Source: Thermoplasmata archaeon (GTDB lineage: Archaea > Thermoplasmatota > Thermoplasmata > Lutacidiplasmatales > UBA184). From it: a stretch of DNA of 64,000 bases. The position numbers were made by a program, and so were the translations under genes. The notes under the pieces were generated by a model. The model saw only the letters and a list, made by a program, of their open reading frames with translations. It had not been told where the DNA came from and did not search any database. Shown one piece after another: positions 29,571 through 38,528 of this stretch; within the stretch, counting starts at the first letter, position 1, and every line of letters begins with the position of its first letter. The stretch is from positions 17,681-81,680 of the forward strand of contig DATJNY010000019.1 in NCBI GenBank assembly GCA_035507575.1, written 5' to 3'.

Positions 29571-30113
29571 CTACATCCAGAGGGCCATCAGGACCTCGTC
29601 GTCGGGCCGCCCGTCGAGCAGGACCTCGCCCTTCAACCGGCCCTCTTCCGCGAATCCCATCTTCCGGTACAGGGCGATCGCCCGCTCGTTCGAGGCGAAG
29701 ACCCCGAGCTTGACCTTGCGGACCCCGAGGCTCCGGGCCCACTCGAGTCCGCTCTCCATCAGCATGCGCCCGATCCCGCTCCCCCGGTGCTCCGGGAGGA
29801 CGGCCATGCCGAGCTCGGCCGTGTGCGCGTTCTTCGACCATTTGCCCCGGGCGAAATTCGCTCCGGCGACGACCTGGCCGCCGACCTCGGCTACGAGCCA
29901 CAGGTTGAAGCGGGGATCGTTGTCCCGGAACTGGGTGCGGATCTCGTCAGCCGTCCGGGGGAATTTCTCGGTCATCAGGTAGATCTTCTCTGCGGCGACG
30001 CGGTCGAAGTTCGCCACCCACGCCTCCGCGTCGTCGGGCCGAGCCGCACGAACGACAACCACGGATCCGTTCCGCAACCGGGCCGTGACGGGGAGCGGCA
30101 TCCGTGGCCCCAC
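29571..30113 (-). CDS. GNAT family N-acetyltransferase
   Basis: Acetyl-CoA binding motif A (LPEHRGSGIGRMLM) and motif B region (ALYRKMGF). Confidence 0.8.
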   Translation of the reverse strand: MGPRMPLPVTARLRNGSVVVVRAARPDDAEAWVANFDRVAAEKIYLMTEKFPRTADEIRTQFRDNDPRFNLWLVAEVGGQVVAGANFARGKWSKNAHTAELGMAVLPEHRGSGIGRMLMESGLEWARSLGVRKVKLGVFASNERAIALYRKMGFAEEGRLKGEVLLDGRPDDEVLMALWM

Positions 30114-30148
30114 ACCGGCGCGCGGGGAAATCGTTTCGCGCGGAAGCG

Positions 30149-30805
30149 CTAGGCGCCCTTCGTGAGCCGTCGTACGAGGCGGGCCGGGGTGGCGTAGAGC
30201 ACCCTCTCCAGATCCGGCTCCCGAACGCCCGCCCCGAGCGCGATCCGCCGGGCCTGCTCGATCGGGATCAGATCGTGCACGCTGTGCGCGTCGGAGTCGA
30301 CCACGAGATCCGCTCCCGCCTCCAGGGCGAGCCGGGTGACGAGTCCGTTGCAGAGGCTGTGGCCCCGTCGTCCCGAGATTTCGAGCGCCACGCCGTTCGC
30401 TTTCGCGAGGTCGGCGTCCTTCGCGTCCAGCAGCCCCGGGTGCGCGAGGACATCGACCTCACCGGACTCGAGGGCGGCGTGGTTGGTCCCGCGGGGCACG
30501 TGCTCCACGATCGTTTCCCCGTGCACGATGACAATCTGAGCGCCCGCGCGACGGCAGGCGCGCGCGGTCTCGGCGATGCGGCGCGGCGGCACCTTGGTGA
30601 GCTCGACGCCGACCAGGGGAATAAACGAGGTGCCGTCCCAGGCCGCGGCTTCCTGGAACAATCGCGTCAGGAGCGGTCGGGGATCCTCGAGGGCGAGGTG
30701 GTCGGTCAACGCGAGCGCCCGGTGATCGAGCGCTTCCGCTTCGTTCCACATCTCGGTCGGCGAGGTCGTACCGTCGGTGAGAAAGGAGTGCGAGTGGAAG
30801 TCCAT
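30149..30805 (-). CDS. PHP-domain metal-dependent phosphoesterase (histidinol-phosphatase-like)
   Basis: Start at ATG 30805 (MDFHSHSFLTDG, the PHP motif I HxH). Later His/Asp motifs (VIVHGETIVEH, VVDSDAHS) are present. The upstream extension to 31603 is junk. Confidence 0.75.
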   Translation of the reverse strand: MDFHSHSFLTDGTTSPTEMWNEAEALDHRALALTDHLALEDPRPLLTRLFQEAAAWDGTSFIPLVGVELTKVPPRRIAETARACRRAGAQIVIVHGETIVEHVPRGTNHAALESGEVDVLAHPGLLDAKDADLAKANGVALEISGRRGHSLCNGLVTRLALEAGADLVVDSDAHSVHDLIPIEQARRIALGAGVREPDLERVLYATPARLVRRLTKGA

Positions 30806-30943
30806 CCGGCGCCGTATCGAGCGATTCGGACGCCGTTCGGACATCGGCGCCCGGTCAGCGGTCGCAGGGCTTAGGGTTTCGGGCCGACGGGCCCCCGTCG
30901 GGTCGGACCGGGACCGATTGCGGGGGAATCGTTGTAGCCTTCG

Positions 30944-31528
30944 ATGGTTCGCGGTCGTAGGTCCCCTCCGATGACCGCCCGCCGTCGACGCGCAAAGCCG
31001 CCCACCTACTCGGTCCGCCCGAGCCGTCGGGCCGACACCGAGGTGCTCGTCCGGCACCGCCAGGGCATGTGGAAGGACATCGGCATCCACACCCCCGACG
31101 AGATCCGGAAGGCCGGTCCCCGCTACCGCTGGTGGTTGGGCCGGGAGTCGCGGGCCCGCCGGTTCTTCGGCTTCGTCGCGGTCGGCACGAAGGGGGAGGT
31201 CGTGGGGAGTGGCGCCGTTTGGCTCCAGCCGAGCCAGCCGCGCCCTGGCGCACTCGCCCGGCTCGAAATGCCGTACATCATGTCGATGTACACCGAGCCG
31301 GCGTTCCGTCGCCGAGGCGTCGGGACCCTCCTTGTCGCCGAAATGATTCGTTGGGCTCGCCGGCGCGGATTCGCCCGGATCACCCTCCACGCGTCCGCCC
31401 AAGGTCGACCGATTTATCGAGATCTGGGATTCGAAGGGTCCAACGAGATGCGCCTCAGCTTGGTCGGTGGGACGTCGTCCCCTCCACGGGCGAAGACGGC
31501 GCCCGGCCGACGCCGTCGGCGGGTCTAG
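30944..31528 (+). CDS. GNAT family N-acetyltransferase
   Basis: Motif A (RRRGVGTLLVAEMIRWARRRGF). The start may be the internal Met 30971. Confidence 0.7.
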   Translation: MVRGRRSPPMTARRRRAKPPTYSVRPSRRADTEVLVRHRQGMWKDIGIHTPDEIRKAGPRYRWWLGRESRARRFFGFVAVGTKGEVVGSGAVWLQPSQPRPGALARLEMPYIMSMYTEPAFRRRGVGTLLVAEMIRWARRRGFARITLHASAQGRPIYRDLGFEGSNEMRLSLVGGTSSPPRAKTAPGRRRRRV

Positions 31529-31654
31529 AGCGGCCCTCGCGCACCGCGCAGAGGGAGCCACCCTCGTCAGTCGTACATGGGCAGGTTGCAAGCGCACTTG
31601 CACCCATCGGAAAAAGGGGAAGGAAGGGGTTAGTCACGGGGATCCGGGTTCCCC

Positions 31655-33154
31655 TTAGACGACCTGGTAGAGTCCGACCTCAGCCGTCGCCGACGCCAAC
31701 GCCGCGTTGTTCGCCGGGTCCGTCACGAAGGTGATGAACTCTTGCGCGACGCCGGTGAGGGGCTCCAAGGAGATCAGCTCGAACGGGCGTCCGCCCACAA
31801 ACTGATCCACAGTCTCGCTGGCCGTTAGGCCGGCAGAGATGGTGCCCGAGGTTCCGGTCGTCGGTACCACACCACCGTAGACAAAGCTCGAACTAGGCGT
31901 CGTAACCGGCAAGCCTGCTCCAGAGATGTTCTGTCCCAATCCTAGGAATGGCACGATTCCGATGTTCGCCGTCGTCCGAGCGAGCCCATCCGAGGCGTAG
32001 CCAATGGCGTTGGCGCTCGCAGCGACGTCGGACAGGACTCCGGGATTACCGTTTCCCTGCTGGCCAGTCGGGTAGCTGAACCCACAGTCTGAGAGGAGGT
32101 TGTTGCTCCCGCATCCGCCGTACCCAAGGTTGGAGAATCCCGTGCCAGTCTGGGTCGTCGCAAAGCTGGATGACGACGAGGATGGGCCGCTTCCGTACCC
32201 GAGGACCTTGGCCTCGAACGTCTGTGTGGTTCCGCTTGCGTCAGAGCGCTCGATCGGAACAATCGGGGCAAGTGGTCCAGCGCCCGCCGTCGGAGTCATG
32301 ACGTACGGACCCGCGCAGATTGTCCACCCGCACGGACTAGCGTCCGTCAACGGTGTCACAATGTCGTTCGCCGCTTGTCCAGTGCCGCCCACACTATCAG
32401 CGCCCATCGCTCCAGCGGTGGTGGCACCAACGCCCGTCGGCTCTTCGGTTACCTCTACCCCGCCGTTAGACACGATTGTGTTGTTTACCCCGGCCGGAAT
32501 CTGGTCCCACAGCAGTGGCGTCCCAATCGTCGCCGTCACACCAAGCGTCGCAAAGTGCTCTCCGTTGAAGGTCCCGAGCTGGTGAATCGTTGGCGAGCTC
32601 GAACTGCCAGCTTCATAGATCGCATTCAGAGTGTCTGCACTCATGCTTCGGATGCCGTGGGAGTTCCCGCTCTGGATGACCACATCGACTGCGTCGTAGG
32701 CGACCGTCGTAATTGTAATGGTCGACGCATACTGCGAAGCGCATCCATAGCTGGACTCCAGTGTGGCGACAGTCTGCGGCGTGGAAGAAGCGCCGAGGTT
32801 GATGTTCCCCTCGCAGAGAGCGATCATCCCCGCGCCAGTTCCGCCTTGGTTGTCGCTCACGACGACATCCGAATTGTTCTGCTCGAACCAGCTTACCGCT
32901 AGCGAGCTGAACGGATACACGGACGTGCTCCCGCCGATGGTCAGCGTCGGCTCCGCGTGTTGCGTGCCGATGCCTCCCGTGATGTTCCCTTGCCAAACGA
33001 CGAGCCAGAGATAGAGCGCCGCCGCCGCCGCGACCGCGATCAGGATCAGGATCAGCGTCGCCACGACCGGCGACACCGCCCGAGCCCGATTCTGGCCGCG
33101 CCACGCGCGTCGGAACCGCTGGCCGCGTTCGACTCTCTTCGTTTTCGCGCTCAT
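31655..33154 (-). CDS. PstS-like (phosphate-binding-protein fold) extracellular protein with an archaeal class III (prepilin-like) signal peptide
   Basis: The N-terminus ...RGQNRARA|VSPVVATLILILIAVAAAAALYLW matches the archaeal type IV pilin-like signal consensus (RG/RA then S-P-V-I-A-T-hydrophobic). PstS-like motifs follow (LTIGGSTSVYPF, NQGGTGAG). The C-terminal half is Ser/Thr/Gly-rich with N-glycosylation sequons. Confidence 0.7.
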   Translation of the reverse strand: MSAKTKRVERGQRFRRAWRGQNRARAVSPVVATLILILIAVAAAAALYLWLVVWQGNITGGIGTQHAEPTLTIGGSTSVYPFSSLAVSWFEQNNSDVVVSDNQGGTGAGMIALCEGNINLGASSTPQTVATLESSYGCASQYASTITITTVAYDAVDVVIQSGNSHGIRSMSADTLNAIYEAGSSSSPTIHQLGTFNGEHFATLGVTATIGTPLLWDQIPAGVNNTIVSNGGVEVTEEPTGVGATTAGAMGADSVGGTGQAANDIVTPLTDASPCGWTICAGPYVMTPTAGAGPLAPIVPIERSDASGTTQTFEAKVLGYGSGPSSSSSSFATTQTGTGFSNLGYGGCGSNNLLSDCGFSYPTGQQGNGNPGVLSDVAASANAIGYASDGLARTTANIGIVPFLGLGQNISGAGLPVTTPSSSFVYGGVVPTTGTSGTISAGLTASETVDQFVGGRPFELISLEPLTGVAQEFITFVTDPANNAALASATAEVGLYQVV

Positions 33155-33394
33155 TTCTCTTCGTTTCCCCTCTTTGTTTTCTTGCAGTTGCTGTCTCGCT
33201 GCCGCGGGACCCTCCCTGCACGCATCGAACCGGGGAGTGGGTTGATAGCCGCCCTCGAAGGAGAAGTCGTAGGAAGTCGAACCCTCCGGCTAACTCCGTA
33301 CGAGCGTGGTCCGTCGTGTCGTGAATGGTCACCTTCGAAGAATACGGAAACTCCGGGCGGCCCGTTCATCGCGCGACCTCGTCTTCCCGATTGG

Positions 33395-35176
33395 ATGCCG
33401 AGTCCCAGCGGGGAGTCCGTCGTCGTTCCCGGCCTGAGAGAGCAACTCCCCCTCCCCCTACGGAAGGGGATCCCGGCGGGTGCGAAGCCCAAGGATCGGG
33501 AGACGCTGCTTCGGGAAGGGAAGGATCTCGAGCGCGTACTCGTCCGTCGCGTGGCGGTTCCCGAGAAGGTTTTGATCCAGGCCGAGCTCGGCTACATGCG
33601 CCGCCAGCTCCAGGGAGATCGGCGGAAGGTCGACATCACCTACGGCGTGAACCCCCCGTTCGCGTTCGTTCACATTTCCTTCAATGCGCCGACCGGTGAG
33701 TTCGACTACGATGTCCTCGAGCCGAAGCTGACGGACTCGGAACGATCCCTCGGTTCGGAGATCCGGGCGAAGATGGAGACGATCATGGGGCAGGAGGAGA
33801 TCCCCATCACCGAGGGGGTGGCCCTCGGGGAGTCGCAAGAGCTCAAGGACTACCTCCAAGAAAAGTTCCTGACGGTGCTGGATCTCTACAATATCGACGT
33901 CGCCCCGAAGCGCCAGCCGGTGATGCTGTACTACCTCTTCCGGGAGTTTCTCGGATTCGGGCAGACCGACCCGATCCTCCGCGACCCCTTCCTCGAGGAC
34001 ATCAGCTGCCTCGGGCCGCGCGTCTACATGTACGTGTTCCACCGCGTGTTCGGCTCCCTGCGGACCAACGTGCTCTACTCGAGCGAGATGGAGCTCAACA
34101 AGTACGTTTTCCGGCTCGCGCAGATCGCCGGGAAGCACATCTCCGTCTACCAGCCGATCCTGGACGCCACCCTCCAGGACGGGAGCCGGATCAATCTCAC
34201 GCTCGGGACCGAAGTCACCCGGAAGGGCTCGACGTTCAGCATCCGAAAATTCTCGGCCGATCCGGTATCCCCCATCGACCTGCTGCAGTTCGGCTCGGTG
34301 TCTCCGCACGTGCTCGCCTATTTCTGGAGCCTGATCGAGCACCACCGGTCGATTCTCATCTCGGGCGGAACGGCGGCCGGGAAGACGACGTTCCTCAACG
34401 CGATCTCGATGTTCATCCGACCCGAGGACAAGATCGTCTCGATCGAGGACACACCCGAGATCCAGATCGACCACGAGAACTGGATCCAGTCCGTGGCACG
34501 AACCGGCTACGGCGCCGCTTCGGGAGTGTCGTCGGGGGCATCGGGAGTCTCGGGCCTCTCGTCAACGGCGGGCAAGACGGCCGGGAGCGTGACCCTCTTC
34601 GACTTGCTGGTGGCGGCGCTCCGCCAGAGACCAGAGTACGTGATTGTCGGGGAGGTGCGGGGCGTGGAGGCGTTCACGCTGTTCCAGGCGATTTCGGTCG
34701 GGCACGCCTCGATGTCCACGATTCACGCCGGATCCATCGCGGAGCTCGTCCACCGCGTGGAGAATGAGCCGATGAACATTCCGCGGGTGCTGTTTCAGGC
34801 GCTCGATGCGGTCGCCTTTCCGACGCAGGTCGTCGTGGGACGCAACCGGGTGCGTAGGGTCGTCGGCGTTACCGAGATTCTCGGGGTGGATCCATCCACC
34901 AACGAGCTCCTCACGAACGACGTCTTCCACTGGAGTCCCAGCACCGACTCCTTCCAATTCCTCGGCCGGAGCTTCGTCCTCGAAGAGGTAGGAGAGCGGA
35001 CTGGGAAGAGCATCGACGCCCTGACGGCGGAACTCCAACGCAAGGCGACGTATCTCGATCTGATGACCCGCCTTGGGCTCACGTACTTCCGAGACGTGAG
35101 CCGGGCGATCGGGTCGTATTACGTGGCGCCCGACGACGCGATCCGCGAATTGGAGCGACGGATCACCGCCCGCTGA
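33395..35176 (+). CDS. FlaI/TadA/VirB11-family secretion ATPase (type IV pilus assembly ATPase)
   Basis: Walker A ISGGTAAGKTTFLNAI, Asp/Walker B box IVSIEDTPEIQ and His box GHASMSTIHAGS are present. I prefer the ATG at 33395. A Gly/Ser-rich insertion sits at 34497..34590. Confidence 0.85.
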   Translation: MPSPSGESVVVPGLREQLPLPLRKGIPAGAKPKDRETLLREGKDLERVLVRRVAVPEKVLIQAELGYMRRQLQGDRRKVDITYGVNPPFAFVHISFNAPTGEFDYDVLEPKLTDSERSLGSEIRAKMETIMGQEEIPITEGVALGESQELKDYLQEKFLTVLDLYNIDVAPKRQPVMLYYLFREFLGFGQTDPILRDPFLEDISCLGPRVYMYVFHRVFGSLRTNVLYSSEMELNKYVFRLAQIAGKHISVYQPILDATLQDGSRINLTLGTEVTRKGSTFSIRKFSADPVSPIDLLQFGSVSPHVLAYFWSLIEHHRSILISGGTAAGKTTFLNAISMFIRPEDKIVSIEDTPEIQIDHENWIQSVARTGYGAASGVSSGASGVSGLSSTAGKTAGSVTLFDLLVAALRQRPEYVIVGEVRGVEAFTLFQAISVGHASMSTIHAGSIAELVHRVENEPMNIPRVLFQALDAVAFPTQVVVGRNRVRRVVGVTEILGVDPSTNELLTNDVFHWSPSTDSFQFLGRSFVLEEVGERTGKSIDALTAELQRKATYLDLMTRLGLTYFRDVSRAIGSYYVAPDDAIRELERRITAR

Positions 35177-35179
35177 GCC

Positions 35180-36130
35180 ATGTTCGAGCCAGCGCCCACC
35201 CCGACGCAGAGGACGCGCTCCCCCGGGACGTCGGCGGGGAAGAAGAGGGTCGGTTCGATCGCGGAGAGCTACCGTAGTTTCGCGTACGGCCTGTTTGGGG
35301 AACGGTTCGACCGAGGCGAGGGGGACCCACTTCTCTCCGAGAGGCTGAAGCGGGCGGGCTACGACGTGAGCCCGGGGATGTTTCGCGGGGTCACCATCCT
35401 GACGGCGATCATCGCGGTCGCGGTCACCTTGCCGTTCACGTTGATCCTGTTCCTGCTTCTGATCCACGTCGGGTTTTGGTACGGCTACGTGGTCCTGGTC
35501 CTCGCCGTGACCGTAGGGGCCGTGTTTCTCGGGTTCAGCTCCCTCGTCAGCACACGGATCGCCAACCGAAAGGACCAGCTCGACCGCGAGTTGCCCTTCA
35601 CCTTGAGCGAGCTCTCGGTGCTCGCCAGCACGGGCACGTCTCCCGTTCAGCTCGTCCGCAGGATGGCGGACCGCGATCACGACCTGGCGATGACCGGCGA
35701 GTTCAAGCGCGTCGTCTACAAGATCGATCTCGAGGGCAAGGATCTGATTTCGGCGCTCGCCGAGACCGGTAAGGCCTCCGCGTCGAGCTCGGTCCGGGAA
35801 GCGTTCTGGGATCTCGCGAACATGATCCACCAGGGCGGCAGCCTGGACGAGTACCTTCGGACGAAGGCCGACGACGTGCTGAAGCTAAAGCGGATGATTC
35901 AGAAGCAATTCATCGAGCGTCTCTCGACATTCCTCGACATGTACGTCTCGCTCGTGCTCGTCGGCGTACTGATGATCGCCGTGGGGGCGTTCTTGATCAA
36001 CGCCCTCGGCCAGACCGTGGCGGGGCTCGACGCGAACGAGCTGTTGCTCGTGCTCACGTTCGGGCTCGTTCCGCTCGCGGTCGTCATGACCGTGATCATG
36101 ATCTCGATCGCGTACGCGAGGGCCGAGTGA
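35180..36130 (+). CDS. T2SSF-domain membrane protein (TadB / FlaJ-half-like)
   Basis: The start is 4 nt after the ATPase stop. A cytoplasmic N-terminal domain is followed by 3 TM segments and a conserved cytoplasmic helical region, which is the T2SSF architecture. Confidence 0.75.
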   Translation: MFEPAPTPTQRTRSPGTSAGKKRVGSIAESYRSFAYGLFGERFDRGEGDPLLSERLKRAGYDVSPGMFRGVTILTAIIAVAVTLPFTLILFLLLIHVGFWYGYVVLVLAVTVGAVFLGFSSLVSTRIANRKDQLDRELPFTLSELSVLASTGTSPVQLVRRMADRDHDLAMTGEFKRVVYKIDLEGKDLISALAETGKASASSSVREAFWDLANMIHQGGSLDEYLRTKADDVLKLKRMIQKQFIERLSTFLDMYVSLVLVGVLMIAVGAFLINALGQTVAGLDANELLLVLTFGLVPLAVVMTVIMISIAYARAE

Positions 36131-36134
36131 CCCG

Positions 36135-37544
36135 ATGCGAAGCGCGCTGCTTCTCGCGATCGTGCTGGTCCTCGCCCTCGCACCCCTCTCCGCGGCGCTC
36201 GCTCCGGGTGCGGCCGGACAGCCCAGCCCGATCGGCGTGATCGATGTATCGCCGGCCCCCGGGAGCGTCACTCCGTCGACCACTCCTACGCTCTACGTGA
36301 CCTACTCCGATTCCGGCGGCGACATCAACTATGCCGCGGTATACATCAATCAGATCAATTTCACGGGATTCACCGGGTACGAGTTCACCTCGACCAGCGT
36401 CACGTGTCCCGTCCCTTCGATCCTCGCGCTCAAGCCCGGACTCCAAAATGCGAGCCTGGTCCTCGGCGATGGCTCGGGAAACTCGCTCAACTACACCTGG
36501 AATTTCACGGTGAACCCGAATGCTTCCATCTCGGGTCAGCCGATCTTCTCGATCAGTGCCGGGAAGCTTCTCCTCTACATCGGCATCGCGACCGCGGTCG
36601 CCGGCGCGACGTTCTTCGCGTACATCGCCTACCTGAAACAGACCACCCGATTTGCGTTTCGAAAGTACTTCGCCACGCACCCGATCCAACGGTCGTATCT
36701 CGTCCTCTACATCCCGTGCGCCGCCGCCTTTCTCTTCCTCCTCGTCGGCCTCTCGTACGTCACGGGGACCCCCAATCTTCCCGCGTACTCCCTCGATCTC
36801 GTCTTCATCGGTGCAATATTCATTGCGCTCACCGCGTTTGGCATCGACGCGCGCACTCAGTTGGCGCGCAACCGGGCGTACGAGCGGGCGTTCGCGCAAT
36901 TCCTATTCGAAATGTCCGACGCGATGCGGGGAGGGCTCGACCCCGCGAAAGCGATCACCGAACTCGCGAAGACCCAGACGAACATCCTTCAACGCCCCCT
37001 TCGCGTCGCCTCGGATGGCATCCGGATCGGCCGCCCGTTCGAAGCCGTCCTACGCGACATGGCGCGCGGCCTGAAGAGCCCCCTGATTTCTCGGTACGCC
37101 GACCTGATCGCCGAGGCGACGACGGTCGGCGGGGAGACCGCGGTCGTCATCCATCGGGCCGCCAAGGACATGGATGATTTTGTGAAGATCGAAGAGGAGC
37201 GATCCGCCCAGCTCACTCTTCCCGTCGCGGTCATTTACATTGCGTTCGCAGTGCTCGTGGCGGTCTTGGTCGCTCTGCTTTACATCGCGCCGGATCTCGG
37301 CACGCTCAACATCGGTTTCCTCACGTCGGCAGCCAATCCCTTGAAAGGCCCTACCGCGAGCTCGGTGCCAACCCTCGCCCTGAGCACACTCCATGAGCGC
37401 TTTTTCGAGCTTACCATCATCAACTCTCTTGGCACCGGTGCGATTATCGGAGCGTTTACCGAGGGTCGCGCCCGCTATGGAATCGTGCACTCACTAGGGC
37501 TGGTCGCGGCGACCACGGTGTTGTTTCTCTTCATCTTCCCCTGA
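36135..37544 (+). CDS. T2SSF-domain membrane protein (TadC / FlaJ-half-like) with N-terminal signal peptide and an extracellular beta-rich domain
   Basis: Signal peptide (MRSALLLAIVLVLALAPLSAALA), an extracellular domain of about 140 aa with N-X-T sequons, then a TM plus cytoplasmic helical T2SSF-like region plus two further TM segments. Confidence 0.7.
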   Translation: MRSALLLAIVLVLALAPLSAALAPGAAGQPSPIGVIDVSPAPGSVTPSTTPTLYVTYSDSGGDINYAAVYINQINFTGFTGYEFTSTSVTCPVPSILALKPGLQNASLVLGDGSGNSLNYTWNFTVNPNASISGQPIFSISAGKLLLYIGIATAVAGATFFAYIAYLKQTTRFAFRKYFATHPIQRSYLVLYIPCAAAFLFLLVGLSYVTGTPNLPAYSLDLVFIGAIFIALTAFGIDARTQLARNRAYERAFAQFLFEMSDAMRGGLDPAKAITELAKTQTNILQRPLRVASDGIRIGRPFEAVLRDMARGLKSPLISRYADLIAEATTVGGETAVVIHRAAKDMDDFVKIEEERSAQLTLPVAVIYIAFAVLVAVLVALLYIAPDLGTLNIGFLTSAANPLKGPTASSVPTLALSTLHERFFELTIINSLGTGAIIGAFTEGRARYGIVHSLGLVAATTVLFLFIFP

Positions 37545-37583
37545 CAAGGGGGGCTGAAGCTTCATCCGGGACGAGCCCGCAGA

Positions 37584-38411
37584 CTACGATGGAGCCATGT
37601 ACTGAATCGTTGCGGAACCGAGGAGTCCGTCGCTGCTTGTGACGACGAGTTGGATATTGTAGGTGTCCCCAGCGGTAAGGGTGCTAGTCAGTTCCGCTTC
37701 CTCCCCGTAGAGCGTAGCGATGACGGAGGAGCCCTGCGTCACCGTCCACGCCCAAGACACGATCGTCGCATTCCCTCCTGGCTGAAATGAGTCCGAACCG
37801 TCGAGGAGCGGGATTTGCTCCGGCTCGCCCCCGGAGTAGGTCGTCAGCACCGACACGAGCGCCACGGCGGTGGGTGGCAGGAATGATTGCTCGAACTGGT
37901 TTCCGAGGAAGGTGGAGATCGCGATCGTCGCGTAGCTGGTGGGAACCGGGGCTTGGTCGGGATTCACGAACGAGTAGGTGGGGCCAGAAGTCAGGATCAA
38001 CGAGATTGTCGCCTCTTCGTCGGGTGTCAAAATGAGCTGAGATCCCGCCGTCACGAGATACATGCTATGGTTGACGAGGTCGGTGACTTGATAGTACACG
38101 AGAGGGAAGCCGTTGATCGTAAGGTCGGTCACAGCGATCGAGTTCACGTCCGAACTCGCGATCGAGAACTCGAAGGTCGCGAATCCGGTTCCCGCTGTAT
38201 CGAGCGAGGATGCAATCCCGACAACGCGGATTGATTCGAGCTGGACGAGGTGAATGTGGGCCTGCTCGGCGTTGTATTGCTGCTCGTACGACGCGACGAA
38301 CGCGGCGAGGGTGACCGCGGCGGCGATGACGATGAGAATGAGCATCAGTGTCCCGACGATCTCGGCAAGACCCCGGGAGCCGCGTGTGAGTGAGGGCGAC
38401 CGGCGCCGCAC
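37584..38411 (-). CDS. Archaeal type IV pilin-like protein (class III signal peptide)
   Basis: N-terminus MRRRSPSLTRGSRG|LAEIVGTLMLILIVIAAAVTLAAFV (prepilin-type: basic leader, G at -1, hydrophobic core with GTLML). This is followed by a Ser/Thr-rich beta domain with N-X-S/T sequons. The apparent start is GTG 38411. Confidence 0.7.
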   Translation of the reverse strand: MRRRSPSLTRGSRGLAEIVGTLMLILIVIAAAVTLAAFVASYEQQYNAEQAHIHLVQLESIRVVGIASSLDTAGTGFATFEFSIASSDVNSIAVTDLTINGFPLVYYQVTDLVNHSMYLVTAGSQLILTPDEEATISLILTSGPTYSFVNPDQAPVPTSYATIAISTFLGNQFEQSFLPPTAVALVSVLTTYSGGEPEQIPLLDGSDSFQPGGNATIVSWAWTVTQGSSVIATLYGEEAELTSTLTAGDTYNIQLVVTSSDGLLGSATIQYMAPS

Positions 38412-38439
38412 GCCCGCGGGAGCCGGAAGGTCGCTGATA

Positions 38440-38464
38440 GGAGTTCCTTACGAAAATTGCGTAA
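38440..38464. promoter_or_regulatory. Intergenic palindrome TTACG-AAAATTG-CGTAA with an AT-rich core, between the pilin gene and the flaH-like gene
   Basis: Perfect 5-bp inverted arms with a 7-nt AT-rich spacer at 38448..38464. It lies about 30-50 bp from the pilin start on the minus strand and about 65 bp upstream of ATG 38529. Confidence 0.35.
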
Positions 38465-38528
38465 TCGACCGAAGTTCTTCGCACACTCCCAATGGCATCG
38501 TTAAGCGAATACCTCCGTAACGAGTACC

